Below, in pieces: positions 45,373-55,478 of a stretch of DNA of 64,000 nt. This stretch comes from an uncultured Candidatus Sumerlaeota bacterium. Lineage in GTDB: Bacteria; Sumerlaeota; Sumerlaeia; MVZB01. Each line of letters starts with the position of its first letter. The stretch's first letter is position 1. Both the position numbers and the translations under genes were made by a program. The notes under the pieces are model-generated. The model saw only the letters and a program-made list of their open reading frames with translations, made no database searches and was not told the origin of the DNA. The DNA lies in assembly GCA_964473105.1 (NCBI GenBank), contig CAYYNQ010000038.1:6806-70805 (forward strand), written 5' to 3'.

Positions 45373-46992
45373 TTATTGATCGTCGGTCATGCGCCTCGAC
45401 TTCCGTCCGTAGGGTTCCCGCAGGGTTTGTCCCGGCATGGCACCCGTTGGCGCACCATTTTCCAGGACAAGTATTCCGTTCACGGCAACATGGTCCACCC
45501 CGACCGGGTGTGACACGGGGTTTTCGTATGTGGCTGTGTCCCTTAATGTCTCGGGGTTGAAGACAACCAGATCAGCCTTCATCCCCGGTCGCAGGACCCC
45601 GCGGTCCATACAGCCGATGCGTCGCGCCGGTGAGGAGGTCATCTTTCGGATCCCTTCCTCCCAGGTCAGCAGCCCCAGGTCCCGTACATAATGCGACAGG
45701 AACTTTGCGTGGGATCCCCATCCCCGCGGATGGGGACGATCACCCACCAGTATTCCGTCGCTGCTTACCATGAAGTTGGGGTGCTTCAGGATCGACCGGA
45801 CATTTTCCTCGTTGCCGATATGGGCCAGGCAGGAGACGCCCAGGCTGCTTTCCATCAGCAGGTCGACAAAGAATTCATAGCAGGACTTCCCGGCACGTTC
45901 TGCTGCATCGGGGAGGAACATCCCGACAATCTGCGGATCATGTTCGCCCTCGACACCGCCGATCTGCAGCATCTCCCACCCCATGGGAACGCTCCCGAAC
46001 CCTTCCGAGCCGGTGACCTCCATGTCGTGCCTGAGGCGGTCATGAATATCCGCCGACTTCAGCCGTTCAAGGATCGCCTCGCTTCCGCCCTCTTGCATCC
46101 AGTATGGAAGGAACGCGTGAAGATAGGTGTTCCCGGCCAGGTATGGATAACTGTCCATCGTGATCTCGATCCCGTCGGTCAGGGCCCTGTCCATTGCGGT
46201 CAGCAGTTCCGGGGCACGTCCCCTGTTCATGGGGTAGCCGACGTGACAATGTGTCAGGTGCAGCGAGACACCCGCACGGCGGGCAATCTCGATGGTGTCG
46301 TAGTTTGCCTGGAGTACGTCACGGCCGTAACTGCGGTGGTGCGGGCAGTAGAATCCGTTATAGGGTTTCAGGGCCCGGCACAGTTCCACCATCTCGTCAT
46401 CGCTGGCATACATGCAGGGTGAATAGGTCAGGCCGGGCGACAGGCCGATACATCCCTCGGCCATGCAGCGGTCGACCAGGCTCTTCATTTGTTTCATCTC
46501 GTCATTTTCGGGCGTTCGGTCTTCAATACCCATCACCAGCATCCGAATTGTGCCATGGGGAGCCAGCATCGCGACATTGACCGCCACGTTATTCTCAAAC
46601 CGGTCAAGGTATGTGGTGATGTTCGTCCAGTCCCATTCCAGGTCCGGGCAACCATTCCAGGCGGACAACTGGTCCTGTAGGATGGCGGCCGTTTTCCTTG
46701 TCACCGGCGCCAGCCCGAGCCCGTCATGGCCAATGACGTCGGTTGTTACCCCCTGGTGGATTTTGCATTCATGAATCGGGTTGGCCAGCAGTTGCAGGTC
46801 GGAATGGGTGTGAAGGTCAATAAAACCCGGGCAGACAAAACCCCCATCGGCATGGATCACCTGTCTTGCAGATGCACTTTTCAGTTTCCCGACATCGGTA
46901 ATCCGGTCACCGACGACAGCGATATCACCGTGATACCAAGGTGTGCCAGTCCCGTCATGGACCCTGCCATCCAGAATTAAGAGATCGTACAT
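45373..46992 (-). CDS. N-acyl-D-amino-acid deacylase (D-aminoacylase) family amidohydrolase
   Basis: Motifs: MYDLLILDGRVHDGTG..GDIAVVGDRITDVG, PGFIDLHTHSD, MVSSDGI. I placed the start at 46992. The ORF extends to 47082. Confidence 0.85.
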   Translation of the reverse strand: MYDLLILDGRVHDGTGTPWYHGDIAVVGDRITDVGKLKSASARQVIHADGGFVCPGFIDLHTHSDLQLLANPIHECKIHQGVTTDVIGHDGLGLAPVTRKTAAILQDQLSAWNGCPDLEWDWTNITTYLDRFENNVAVNVAMLAPHGTIRMLVMGIEDRTPENDEMKQMKSLVDRCMAEGCIGLSPGLTYSPCMYASDDEMVELCRALKPYNGFYCPHHRSYGRDVLQANYDTIEIARRAGVSLHLTHCHVGYPMNRGRAPELLTAMDRALTDGIEITMDSYPYLAGNTYLHAFLPYWMQEGGSEAILERLKSADIHDRLRHDMEVTGSEGFGSVPMGWEMLQIGGVEGEHDPQIVGMFLPDAAERAGKSCYEFFVDLLMESSLGVSCLAHIGNEENVRSILKHPNFMVSSDGILVGDRPHPRGWGSHAKFLSHYVRDLGLLTWEEGIRKMTSSPARRIGCMDRGVLRPGMKADLVVFNPETLRDTATYENPVSHPVGVDHVAVNGILVLENGAPTGAMPGQTLREPYGRKSRRMTDDQ

Positions 46993-47204
46993 GATCGTGT
47001 CCGTATTCTTCCCAAGGGATTCCGATACCCGTGCCCTGTCCGAGGCATCTTCAATATTGAAGGATCCGGTTGATTTTCGCATCCATGACCGCTTCCGGCA
47101 TGGCCAGGTCGATTACGAATGCCAGCCTGTTCTGCTCTGGTCGTGATATGCTCAATGTTCACCGCATGGCCTGGCCATATATGCACAAGGTGGGGGCGCG
47201 GCCG

Positions 47205-48584
47205 TTATTGCGTCCGCGGGCGATCCTTCCTGGTCATCACCAGCAATTGTTTGAATGCCTCCGTGGTGATCGCGATATCATCCTCGGTGTGGATTCCCGA
47301 TACCCAGCCGCCGGGCCAGGCAACAACGTCCACCCCGCCCAGGATCATCCCCACCCGGATCTTCCATATCAGGTGCGCAGGTGTGCCGCCTTTCAGGGCC
47401 CGGTAATGCACCCTTCCGGCATAGATGCTGTCGATGGTGATCTGGATGTCCTCATGGTTGGGAAAAATATGAAACCCGGAATATTCCCCGTAGACCAGCC
47501 AGTTTGAATCCTGTTCCCGGATTACATCATTGAGCGCGTTCCTAAGCATTTCCCCGTTTTTGGAAGCCTTTTCCGTGATGTCTGTCGTGGCGATCAATTT
47601 CAGTGTCGCCAGTCCGGCGGCGGCGGAGATGGGATTGGCATTGAATGTCCCCTGGTGTGCGACACGGGACTTGTAGTTCCAGTCCGGGTCGTCCCTTGCC
47701 GTCAGGACATCCATGACGTCGGCACGTCCTGCAACCGCGCCGCCCGGGTATCCCCCTGCAAGGGTCTTTGCAAGCAGGGTAAGATCGGGGAACACGCCCA
47801 GTATTTCCTGTGCTCCGCCGGGGGCCACGCGGAATCCCGTGATCACCTCGTCAAATACCAGCAGGATTTTGTATTCATCCGCAATTTTTCTCAACTCGGC
47901 AATTACTTCAGGGCCTGTCGGGACCTGTCCGTAGGTTGAACCTGTCGGCTCGATGAATATCGCGCCGATTTCATCATCATCTGCCAGGATCTGCCTGACC
48001 TGCTTCACGTTGTTCGGTTCACATAATATGATATTTTTCGTGGTTTCAGCCGGGATTCCCGCAGGGATTGTCCCGTCAAAGTGGGATGCGGCGGCGTAGG
48101 CGACCTGATCGTGCCATCCGTGGAAATGACTCTCGAACCGGATGATCCTGTCTTTTCCCGTGAAGGCCCGGGCCATTCGAATGGCCAGCAGGCTTGATTC
48201 GGTCCCGGAGCTGGTGAACCGGACCTTCTCGGCACTGGGAACCATTCGGCAGATCAACTCGGCCCATTCCAATTCCAGCTCATGCGATGATCCGAAGTGT
48301 GTCCCCTTCTCCAGTTGCCGGCGTACGGCCTCGACAACGGCGGGATGATTGTGGCCGAGCAGGAACGCGCCGTGCCCCCCGAAATAATCGACGTATTCAT
48401 TGCCGTCCACGTCCCATTTTCTGGAACCTTGTGCGCGTTCCATTGAAATCGGGTATGGTTTCAGGACACGGACGTCATGCGTCACGCCGCCGGGGATGAC
48501 CTTTTGAGCCCGCTCATATAAAGCCCGGGAGTTCGGGGTTTTTCCGACATAATGGTTTTCGATGACCGAGCCAACCGTTTCCAT
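47205..48584 (-). CDS. class-III PLP-dependent aminotransferase (glutamate-1-semialdehyde aminomutase-like)
   Basis: 459 aa. Motifs: VIPGGVTHDVR, RFTSSGTES, LLVFDEVITGFRVAPGG. Confidence 0.9.
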   Translation of the reverse strand: METVGSVIENHYVGKTPNSRALYERAQKVIPGGVTHDVRVLKPYPISMERAQGSRKWDVDGNEYVDYFGGHGAFLLGHNHPAVVEAVRRQLEKGTHFGSSHELELEWAELICRMVPSAEKVRFTSSGTESSLLAIRMARAFTGKDRIIRFESHFHGWHDQVAYAAASHFDGTIPAGIPAETTKNIILCEPNNVKQVRQILADDDEIGAIFIEPTGSTYGQVPTGPEVIAELRKIADEYKILLVFDEVITGFRVAPGGAQEILGVFPDLTLLAKTLAGGYPGGAVAGRADVMDVLTARDDPDWNYKSRVAHQGTFNANPISAAAGLATLKLIATTDITEKASKNGEMLRNALNDVIREQDSNWLVYGEYSGFHIFPNHEDIQITIDSIYAGRVHYRALKGGTPAHLIWKIRVGMILGGVDVVAWPGGWVSGIHTEDDIAITTEAFKQLLVMTRKDRPRTQ

Positions 48585-48923
48585 TCATATCCTCGATTTC
48601 ACGCCGGGTGGCCGGGAGGAAAATGGATCCTCGAGACCTTCCCGTTCGATGCAAAACCACCGGGCGACCCGGTTATCCACGATGGCTTGATCATAGCCTG
48701 CCGGGGTGATGAAGTCTAATGGTCTGTCGATGTCCATGCATGAGATTTCGTTGCAGCCGCAGGTTGATATATCATTCAAAGTTGGCCGGCTGAATGATGA
48801 AATCACTTCTATCAGGTATGGGTTTGGGGTAGTATTCAGGCCGCCTCCCATCGATTGAAGGCGTGGACTTGGTGGTCATGTGCCGCCACCTCCTGAATTT
48901 TGAGGGAAGGGACATCTGCTTGC

Positions 48924-49748
48924 ATGCAACTCCCGGCCATTCAGCAATTCCGTCAGAAACTCGCTGACGACGAGCCTGTTTTTGGGCTCTGGGTCACGCT
49001 GGAATCTGCCAGTATCACGGAGATGGCGGTTGCCCTTGGGATGGACTGGGTTGTGATTGACGCGGAACACGGGCACCTCGACTGGAGGGATATCATCGGG
49101 CATGTCCGCGCGGCAGTTCGCAGTCGGACTGTTGTCGTTGTTCGTGTCGCTGAACTGAACAGGGGGGTCATCAAGCGGGTGCTGGACATCGGTGCGGACG
49201 GGGTGATTGTCCCGTGGGTCGAGACGGCTGACCAGCTTGGCGAAGCTGTTGCCTGCGCCCGTTATCCAACCGAAGGTGTTCGTGGGATTGGCGCTGAACG
49301 GGCCACCGGTTGGGGGGAATGTGTCGGCGAACATGTGTCGGATGCAAATGGGAACATCCTGGTCATTCCCCTGATTGAATCGGTGAAGGCGGGGGATAAC
49401 ATCGACGAGATGCTCGGGGTTCCGGGCGTCGATCTTTTTTTCATCGGGCCCAGCGATTTCTCGGCCACTGCAGGGTATCGTGGGCAATGGGAGGGCCCCG
49501 GCGTGGCTGATAAGATCCTGGCGGTCAAGGACAGGATCCGGGCTGCAGGCAAGCAATGCGGCCTGCTGGCAACCAGCAACGAGAACCTGATCGCCCGTGG
49601 TGATGCAGGTTTCCGGATGCTTGGGATCGGGATCGACGGCAGCCTTTTGTTGAGGGGCATCCATGGCGCCCTCGCCGCCATCGGCCGTGACCGGAAGATA
49701 ACGCCCACGCTGGATCCAAATGACCCTGCAGGCAGTCAGTCTGGATAA
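48924..49748 (+). CDS. HpcH/HpaI family class-II aldolase (2-keto-3-deoxy-acid aldolase)
   Basis: Motifs: FGLWVTLESASITEMAVALGMDWVVIDAEHG, VVRVAELNRGVIKRVLDIGADGVIVPWVET, IPLIES, DLFFIGPSD. I used ATG 48924. The track begins at TTG 48900. Confidence 0.85.
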   Translation: MQLPAIQQFRQKLADDEPVFGLWVTLESASITEMAVALGMDWVVIDAEHGHLDWRDIIGHVRAAVRSRTVVVVRVAELNRGVIKRVLDIGADGVIVPWVETADQLGEAVACARYPTEGVRGIGAERATGWGECVGEHVSDANGNILVIPLIESVKAGDNIDEMLGVPGVDLFFIGPSDFSATAGYRGQWEGPGVADKILAVKDRIRAAGKQCGLLATSNENLIARGDAGFRMLGIGIDGSLLLRGIHGALAAIGRDRKITPTLDPNDPAGSQSG

Positions 49749-49773
49749 ATCACATCACGGATTCACCGGTAGG

Positions 49774-50850
49774 TTATTCTTCTGGAGGCAGCTGGTAGCC
49801 GGGAGTGGCCAGCCGGGTGCGGTATAATGCATTTCCTGCCGTGATATAAAGGATATCAGCATCCTGGCCGCGGCCGAACCCGACATTGGTCGGTGGTTCG
49901 GGGGTCGGGATATGGCCGACTTTCTCCCCATCAGGGGTGTAGATATAAATTCCGGGGTCGGTCTTGTGCATCAACGCCACATAGATGTTCCCCAAGGTAT
50001 CCGCCACAAGCCCGTCGGGGCCGTGCTCGAATTCGACCAGGATTTCCCTAAACTCCACGTTCCCGTCCTCGGCTAGGTCGTAGGCCCTCAGTGAACGGTC
50101 AACCACCTGGGTCACGGAATCCGGCTGCAGGCGGTCAAAGGCGATGGCTCCGTTGTCGCTGTTGATCACATACAGGGTCTTCTGGTCGGGGGATATGCAC
50201 ACTCCGTTGGGTTTGGACATATTCGTGATGATCCGGTGGACCGAGCCGTCGGGATCAATCCGGTAAACACCCATCACGGGCTGGCCCATGGGCTCATGCC
50301 CAAGATACTTGGGGTCGCTGAAATAAATCCTGCCCCTTTCGTCAATCGTGATGTCATTGGGCGCATTGAAGGGGACACCCTCATACAGTCCCGCAATGAT
50401 GTGGCTTTTCCCGGTTTTGACATCGGTGCGGATGACTCTGCGGCCGCCGTAGTCCGCTCCCTCCGCGACGACCATGTTCCCCTGTGCATCGAACTTGATG
50501 CCGTTTGACATGCCACTGGGCGAACGAAATATCCTTGTTTCATCAGTTGCGGGGTCGTATTGCCAAAGGTGACCGGCCTCGAGGGCCCCTTTGGCGTCGC
50601 GACACTTGAAGGTGAATGTAATGTCGCTGAAATAGACCATCCCATCGTGTCCGACGGCAACGCCCTCGGTCAGCACACACCCGCCGTCAAACAGTTTTTC
50701 GAGCTTCAGGTCTTGAGGAACAATTTGATCGGGAATGCCAACCCTGCCGCTGGATTTACAGCCTGTTGCGAGGATGACAAGGATCATTGCCGCACGGAGT
50801 GCTGCAGGGAAGGGGCCGGATTGCCCCGGGATTTTTGTTCTGGTTTTCAT
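49774..50850 (-). CDS. SMP-30/gluconolactonase/LRE family beta-propeller lipoprotein
   Basis: MKTRTKIPGQSGPFPAALRAAMILVILATGCKSS is a lipobox signal. Family motifs: LTEGVAVGHDGMVYFSDI, SNGIKFD, PNGVCISPDQKTLYV. I placed the start at 50850. The ORF extends to 50943. Confidence 0.8.
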   Translation of the reverse strand: MKTRTKIPGQSGPFPAALRAAMILVILATGCKSSGRVGIPDQIVPQDLKLEKLFDGGCVLTEGVAVGHDGMVYFSDITFTFKCRDAKGALEAGHLWQYDPATDETRIFRSPSGMSNGIKFDAQGNMVVAEGADYGGRRVIRTDVKTGKSHIIAGLYEGVPFNAPNDITIDERGRIYFSDPKYLGHEPMGQPVMGVYRIDPDGSVHRIITNMSKPNGVCISPDQKTLYVINSDNGAIAFDRLQPDSVTQVVDRSLRAYDLAEDGNVEFREILVEFEHGPDGLVADTLGNIYVALMHKTDPGIYIYTPDGEKVGHIPTPEPPTNVGFGRGQDADILYITAGNALYRTRLATPGYQLPPEE

Positions 50851-50989
50851 CCGTGAAAACTTACTCTGGTATTCCCCGGAGCTTTCATTGCTGCATGGAG
50901 TCAGCACGACAAGTGTAGCACAGCAGGTCGTGTCCGTAATCAAAATTCAGGCCATGCCCCCGGTGGTCATGACCAACAGCAGCGATCCG

Positions 50990-52093
50990 TCAGATTTTGG
51001 GTGAATCCATCAGGCTTCTTCCGGTCGTTCTTTCAAACAGGTGCAGCTTGTCAGGCCTGAACTGGACGGGGATCCGGTCGCCGGGAACAAACCGGTCCGT
51101 GGGGCTTGTGCGTGCCTTGAAGGTCGATCCGTTCAGCTCCAGTGTCAGGAACAGGTCGCTGCCCATGGGTTCCCGCACCAGGACCGTCGGGCTGGCGGTC
51201 GGTGCCCCGTCCATCCCGACCTCGATGTCCTCAGGCCGGATGCCGAGCTGGATTTCGGCAGGTGTATCTGCACGCAGGCGGCCGGATGTCTGTGTGCCCA
51301 GTTCGCAGACAAAACCGTTTCCGATCATCTCCCATCGACCTTCCCCCGAATTTCGAAGCGTCCCGTCAAACAGGTTCATCGGGGGTGCGCCCACAAACCC
51401 GGCGACGAAGGCGTTCGCGGGCTGATTGTAGATTTCATCGGGTGTTCCGAGCTGCTGGATTTTCCCCCCGTTAAGGACGGCGATCCTGTCGGACATGACC
51501 AGTGATTCAGCCTGGTCATGGGTGACATAGATAAAGGTCTTCTTCAGCTCGCCGTGGAGCCGCTTGAGTTCGGTACGCATGGAGTCACGCAGCTTCGCGT
51601 CCAGGTTGGAGAGCGGTTCATCCAGCAGGAACAGCCGCGGATTACGCACGATTGCACGGGCTAGGGCCACGCGTTGACGCTCACCCCCGCTCAGTTCCCG
51701 GGGTTTTCGATCCAGGAGCGGGCCAATCAGCATCTTTTTCGCGGCATTCCGGACCCGGCGCTCAACTTCGTGTGGCGGGGTTTTTCGCATCCGTAGTCCA
51801 AAGGCGATATTCTCACGGACCCTCATGTGGGGATACAGCGCGTAGGTCTGGAAGACCATCGCCACGTCCCTGCGCTCGGGCGGAAGTTCCGTTACGTCAT
51901 CCTCATCGAACCAGACCCGCCCGCTGGATGTGGACTCGAGTCCGGCAATGATGTTCAGCGTGGTGGATTTACCGCAGCCCGAGGGCCCCAGGAGTGTCAG
52001 GAATTCATTTTGGGCTGTTTCCAGGGAAATATCGTCCACGGCGCTAACGCCGCCGAAGTTTTTTGTGATGTTTTTAAGGACTATTCTTGCCAC
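50990..52093 (-). CDS. ABC transporter ATP-binding protein (MalK/UgpC-type carbohydrate importer ATPase)
   Basis: 367 aa. GPSGCGKST is Walker A, LSGGERQRVALARA is the ABC signature, and LFLLDEPLSNLD is Walker B. The C-terminal regulatory domain is MalK-like. Confidence 0.9.
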   Translation of the reverse strand: MARIVLKNITKNFGGVSAVDDISLETAQNEFLTLLGPSGCGKSTTLNIIAGLESTSSGRVWFDEDDVTELPPERRDVAMVFQTYALYPHMRVRENIAFGLRMRKTPPHEVERRVRNAAKKMLIGPLLDRKPRELSGGERQRVALARAIVRNPRLFLLDEPLSNLDAKLRDSMRTELKRLHGELKKTFIYVTHDQAESLVMSDRIAVLNGGKIQQLGTPDEIYNQPANAFVAGFVGAPPMNLFDGTLRNSGEGRWEMIGNGFVCELGTQTSGRLRADTPAEIQLGIRPEDIEVGMDGAPTASPTVLVREPMGSDLFLTLELNGSTFKARTSPTDRFVPGDRIPVQFRPDKLHLFERTTGRSLMDSPKI

Positions 52094-52192
52094 GGCTCTT
52101 CTACCATTCTGTATCCTTGCATGTTTTCACTCCTTATGCCCCCTGTCGGGGATTGGGTTGTGGGTTTTCCGCCCGTCACGCACCAGTTTGTT

Positions 52193-53050
52193 TCATCCCG
52201 TTACCGAACCTCCGATTCCATGGACAATAAAACGCTGGAGGATGAAGGCGAGCACGATCGGTAAAAGTATCACCAGGACTCCCGCGGCGGCGATGATCGT
52301 GAAAGAAACCTGCAACTCCTGAGTGAAATCTGAAATGAGGACCGTCACGGGCATGGCATGAATCGTCGACGTGAACAGCAGCGGGTAAAGGAAGTCTCCC
52401 CATGACGTGATGAACGAGAAGATCCCGATGCCGATCATGCCCGGTGCCGTTACGGGCAGGAAAACGCGAAAAAGAGCCCCGAGGCGTGTACACCCATCCA
52501 TTCGAGCGGCCCTTTCCAGATCGATGGGTACGGTCTGAAAATAACCCTTCAGGATCCAGATGGTAAAGGGAAGCGTGAAGGTGGATTGTGCGAGGATCAC
52601 GGCCAGATGCGTATCCAGCAGGCCGTAGCTCCGTATGACCAGGTACATCGGGACCATGATCGCAACTCCGGGAACACTGCGGGAACCCAGGTAGAGGAAA
52701 AGCAGCAACAGGCTGCCCCTGAACCGCACCCGGGCCAGCGAGTAAGCTGCCATGGACCCAAAGAACAGGTTGATGGTCATGACAAAGGTCGCGATCAGCA
52801 GGCTGTTGAGGATGGCCCTGGGGATTTGTCGTGCCGCAGCCTTCCCGACTTCCGCGGACCGCCCCTCTTGTGTAAAGAACATCCGGTAGTTCTCGAGCGT
52901 GGGTTTTCGGGGAATCCAGTGCATCTGAACGGCCTCGTTATCCTGCATGAAACTGACCGATGCCACCCAGAAGAACGGCGTCAGGACATAGAACATGGCA
53001 ACGATTACGAGCAGATGCAGGATGATTTTGCGGGTGGGTGTGTCTTGCAT
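52193..53050 (-). CDS. carbohydrate ABC transporter permease (MalG/UgpE-like)
   Basis: 285 aa from MQDTPTRKIILHLLVIVAMFY. DLERAARMDGCTRLGALFRVFLP is the EAA loop. The 541-aa ORF in the track (to 53818) is an out-of-frame upstream extension that overlaps the neighbouring permease. Confidence 0.9.
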   Translation of the reverse strand: MQDTPTRKIILHLLVIVAMFYVLTPFFWVASVSFMQDNEAVQMHWIPRKPTLENYRMFFTQEGRSAEVGKAAARQIPRAILNSLLIATFVMTINLFFGSMAAYSLARVRFRGSLLLLFLYLGSRSVPGVAIMVPMYLVIRSYGLLDTHLAVILAQSTFTLPFTIWILKGYFQTVPIDLERAARMDGCTRLGALFRVFLPVTAPGMIGIGIFSFITSWGDFLYPLLFTSTIHAMPVTVLISDFTQELQVSFTIIAAAGVLVILLPIVLAFILQRFIVHGIGGSVTG

Positions 53051-53064
53051 TGTGTATTCCCCCG

Positions 53065-54006
53065 TCAACCCTGGACCGATCCCCGGCGATACAACAGACG
53101 TATGTATACGACGGCAAGTCCCATTGTGATCAGCGTGATCAGGTATGAGTAAGCATTGGCCCCCCCGAAGTTGAGCCGGGAGAACGCCTCCTTGTAGGTC
53201 TGCCATGCGATCAGGTTCGTCGCGTCGCCCGGGCCGCCCCCGGTCAGCGTGAAGATCAGGTCGAATGCGCGGAACGCATTCATGGTCTCGAAGATGGCGA
53301 CCACCTTGATGGGGTGGACCAGCCATGGCAGCGTGATGTTTCGAAACCGGTTCCAGGCATTGGCGCCGTCCACGCGTGATGCACGATACTGTTCCGAGGG
53401 TATGGCCTGAAGTGCGGCCAGGAAAATGATCGTCGCGAATGGAACACTTCTCCACACGTAGGCCGCAACCGCAACATTCAGGGCAATGGTGGGGGAAGCC
53501 ATTCCCAGATAGTCTGTCCCCGACCCCGTCATTCCGCTGAAAATCTGATGACCACGTCCCAGTAACTGGTTGAATGCCCCCTTGTCCGAGAAGAGTCCCA
53601 TCCACATTAGCCCGTTGACAACACCCGGTACAGCCCATGGAACCAGGAGCAGTGCCCGCGCGATGCCGCGACCGGCGAACTTCTCGTTGAAGAGGGTGGC
53701 GATCGCAATCGCGATCATGATCACGAGGGCAACCGAGAGGCCCGTGAAGTAGAGGGTGATCCCGATGGAATGCCAGAACTTGGGGCTGGCCAGGATTTCG
53801 GCATAATTTTGCAGCCACACGAAGTCAAAGATCTCCGGGCGGCGCAGGTTGTAGTGGTGCAGGCTGTACCAGAAGGACACCAGGACAGGATATGCAACCA
53901 GTACCAGAATCAGTCCTGTCGTGGGTACATTGATGAGAAGGGCAAACCGTCGGTCACCCCTTTCTATCGCATTCTCGGATCTGTGGCCTGCGCGGTCTGT
54001 CATCAT
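53065..54006 (-). CDS. carbohydrate ABC transporter permease (MalF/UgpA-like)
   Basis: 313 aa with multiple TM segments. The EAA-like loop is SEQYRASRVDGANAWNRFRNITLP. Confidence 0.9.
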   Translation of the reverse strand: MMTDRAGHRSENAIERGDRRFALLINVPTTGLILVLVAYPVLVSFWYSLHHYNLRRPEIFDFVWLQNYAEILASPKFWHSIGITLYFTGLSVALVIMIAIAIATLFNEKFAGRGIARALLLVPWAVPGVVNGLMWMGLFSDKGAFNQLLGRGHQIFSGMTGSGTDYLGMASPTIALNVAVAAYVWRSVPFATIIFLAALQAIPSEQYRASRVDGANAWNRFRNITLPWLVHPIKVVAIFETMNAFRAFDLIFTLTGGGPGDATNLIAWQTYKEAFSRLNFGGANAYSYLITLITMGLAVVYIRLLYRRGSVQG

Positions 54007-54041
54007 TCAGTCCAGGAGCGTGTCCCGTCGGCCGGGAAACC

Positions 54042-55478
54042 TCACCCCCACTCCTTTTTCAGTTCACGGCAACGTTTGGCAATCCTCGCCAGTCCGTCTC
54101 TCGGCGTTTGCTGCCCCATCAGTATCTTCTGGATCTCGGGTTGGTAGAACACATTGAAGTCGGCAAACCACGGCGCCTTGATGTTTTCCCGTGCCCGCAC
54201 GTGCCTTGCCTGTTCCTTGATAATATCAATGTCCCCCCATTGCTGCGTCTGTCCAATGATTTCAGGATCATCGAGCAGGGACTTGTAGGCAAACCCTAGT
54301 CCCACGGACTTGAACCAGCGTCGTGCGGTGTAATAATCGCCGTTCTTGTCCCGGCCGCCGAGGAATTTCATCAACATCCAGGCATCGGCAAGCTTTTCGT
54401 CACGGCAGTGCGATGTCAGGCCATACATGCGTGTCCATCCCAGTGTTCCGTTGAGTCCGGGTTCAAGGCTCGGCACGGGTGCCATACGGTTGATCCTGGC
54501 ATACCTGCCCTGATCAGGCGTGATGCCCCGGGAACTGAGTTGTTCCTCGGCCAGGATGGATTTGTCCCGGTCGTTGATCCATGAGAGGTCATACTTGATG
54601 ATAAGTGCAAAGGCCTGTGAGCCCGCAGCCATTCCGTCACGCACGTCGCGGTAGCCGGTGTTGAGTGAACCGGGGGAGATGATGCCGTGTTTATGGATAC
54701 CGTCGACGAGCCACTGGAGGATTTTCTCCGCGCGGTTTCCCTCATCATCGGGAAACACCGGGTCAAGTTCCTTGTCGAACAGATTGATACCGCTTCCGTA
54801 GTTCAGGGCCCACCAGTCGTTCAGCCCGATGTCGAGTTGACGGAACCCGAAGACCAGCGGATATTCAATCACGTCACCGCCGGGTGTGCGAACGCGTTTT
54901 TCCTTGATCCGGATTGCCTGGTCGGTGACCTCGTCCAGTGTCCGTGCGGGCTTGTCGATGTTGGCTTGCTGAAGAAGCCTGCTGTTGTAGGTCCATACCA
55001 GGAAATCCGTGTAATAGGGCAGGCCGTAGGATTTTCCGCCGTAACTCATCGCGTCGAGGTTGTAGTCAAATATATTGGCGTTGTCCTCACCAGCGCCGGG
55101 CAGGTCATCGATGGGGCGCAGCCAGCCTGCTTCCACCCATTCACCCAGGTGGTCATCACGGACGTAACAGCAGTCCAGAGGGGTTTTGCCGATGAAGAGC
55201 GGAACCATTTTGTCGTGGTAGTTTCCCGAGATGGCTGCGTAGTCGACCTGGATGCCTGCCTGGCGTCGGAAGGCATCGATATTTTCCTGGACGAGGTCCG
55301 GTTCAAATGACCATCCCTTGAAGATCACGCCGGTATCGGTACGTTGCATGCAACCTGTCCCGAGGCCGAGACCGAGCGCGGCAGACGATTTGAGGAATGT
55401 TCGACGGTTGATTCGTGTCACGGCTTGATTCCCTGGCTTGGATGGGGGGCTCAACGGTTTAGAAGATATCTCGATCAT
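54042..55478 (-). CDS. ABC transporter extracellular solute-binding protein (family 1), Tat-type signal plus lipobox
   Basis: I placed the start at MIEISSKPL (55478). INRRTFLKSSAALGLGLGTGCMQ is followed by a ~450-aa sugar-binding-protein-like body. The track ORF extends to 55592. Confidence 0.85.
   Translation of the reverse strand: MIEISSKPLSPPSKPGNQAVTRINRRTFLKSSAALGLGLGTGCMQRTDTGVIFKGWSFEPDLVQENIDAFRRQAGIQVDYAAISGNYHDKMVPLFIGKTPLDCCYVRDDHLGEWVEAGWLRPIDDLPGAGEDNANIFDYNLDAMSYGGKSYGLPYYTDFLVWTYNSRLLQQANIDKPARTLDEVTDQAIRIKEKRVRTPGGDVIEYPLVFGFRQLDIGLNDWWALNYGSGINLFDKELDPVFPDDEGNRAEKILQWLVDGIHKHGIISPGSLNTGYRDVRDGMAAGSQAFALIIKYDLSWINDRDKSILAEEQLSSRGITPDQGRYARINRMAPVPSLEPGLNGTLGWTRMYGLTSHCRDEKLADAWMLMKFLGGRDKNGDYYTARRWFKSVGLGFAYKSLLDDPEIIGQTQQWGDIDIIKEQARHVRARENIKAPWFADFNVFYQPEIQKILMGQQTPRDGLARIAKRCRELKKEWG

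Noticed and set aside
48585-48851. 88-aa ORF directly upstream of, and abutting, the class-III aminotransferase gene.
   Set aside because: It fills the lower-GC divergent gap between the aminotransferase (start 48584) and the HpcH aldolase (start 48924). That would leave no room for promoters. It has no motif and an odd Cys-rich composition. It could be a real small protein, but I cannot support it.
52193-53818. N-terminal extensions in the ORF track: 52193-53818, 59355-60911, 60989-62791, 55493-56683, 54042-55592, 29249-30337, 49774-50943, 28052-29416.
   Set aside because: The extensions overlap neighbouring genes or contain no signal or domain sequence. Internal ATG codons give canonical N-termini (Tat or lipoprotein signals, Rossmann motifs). 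I shortened the gene models accordingly, although the exact starts remain unverified.
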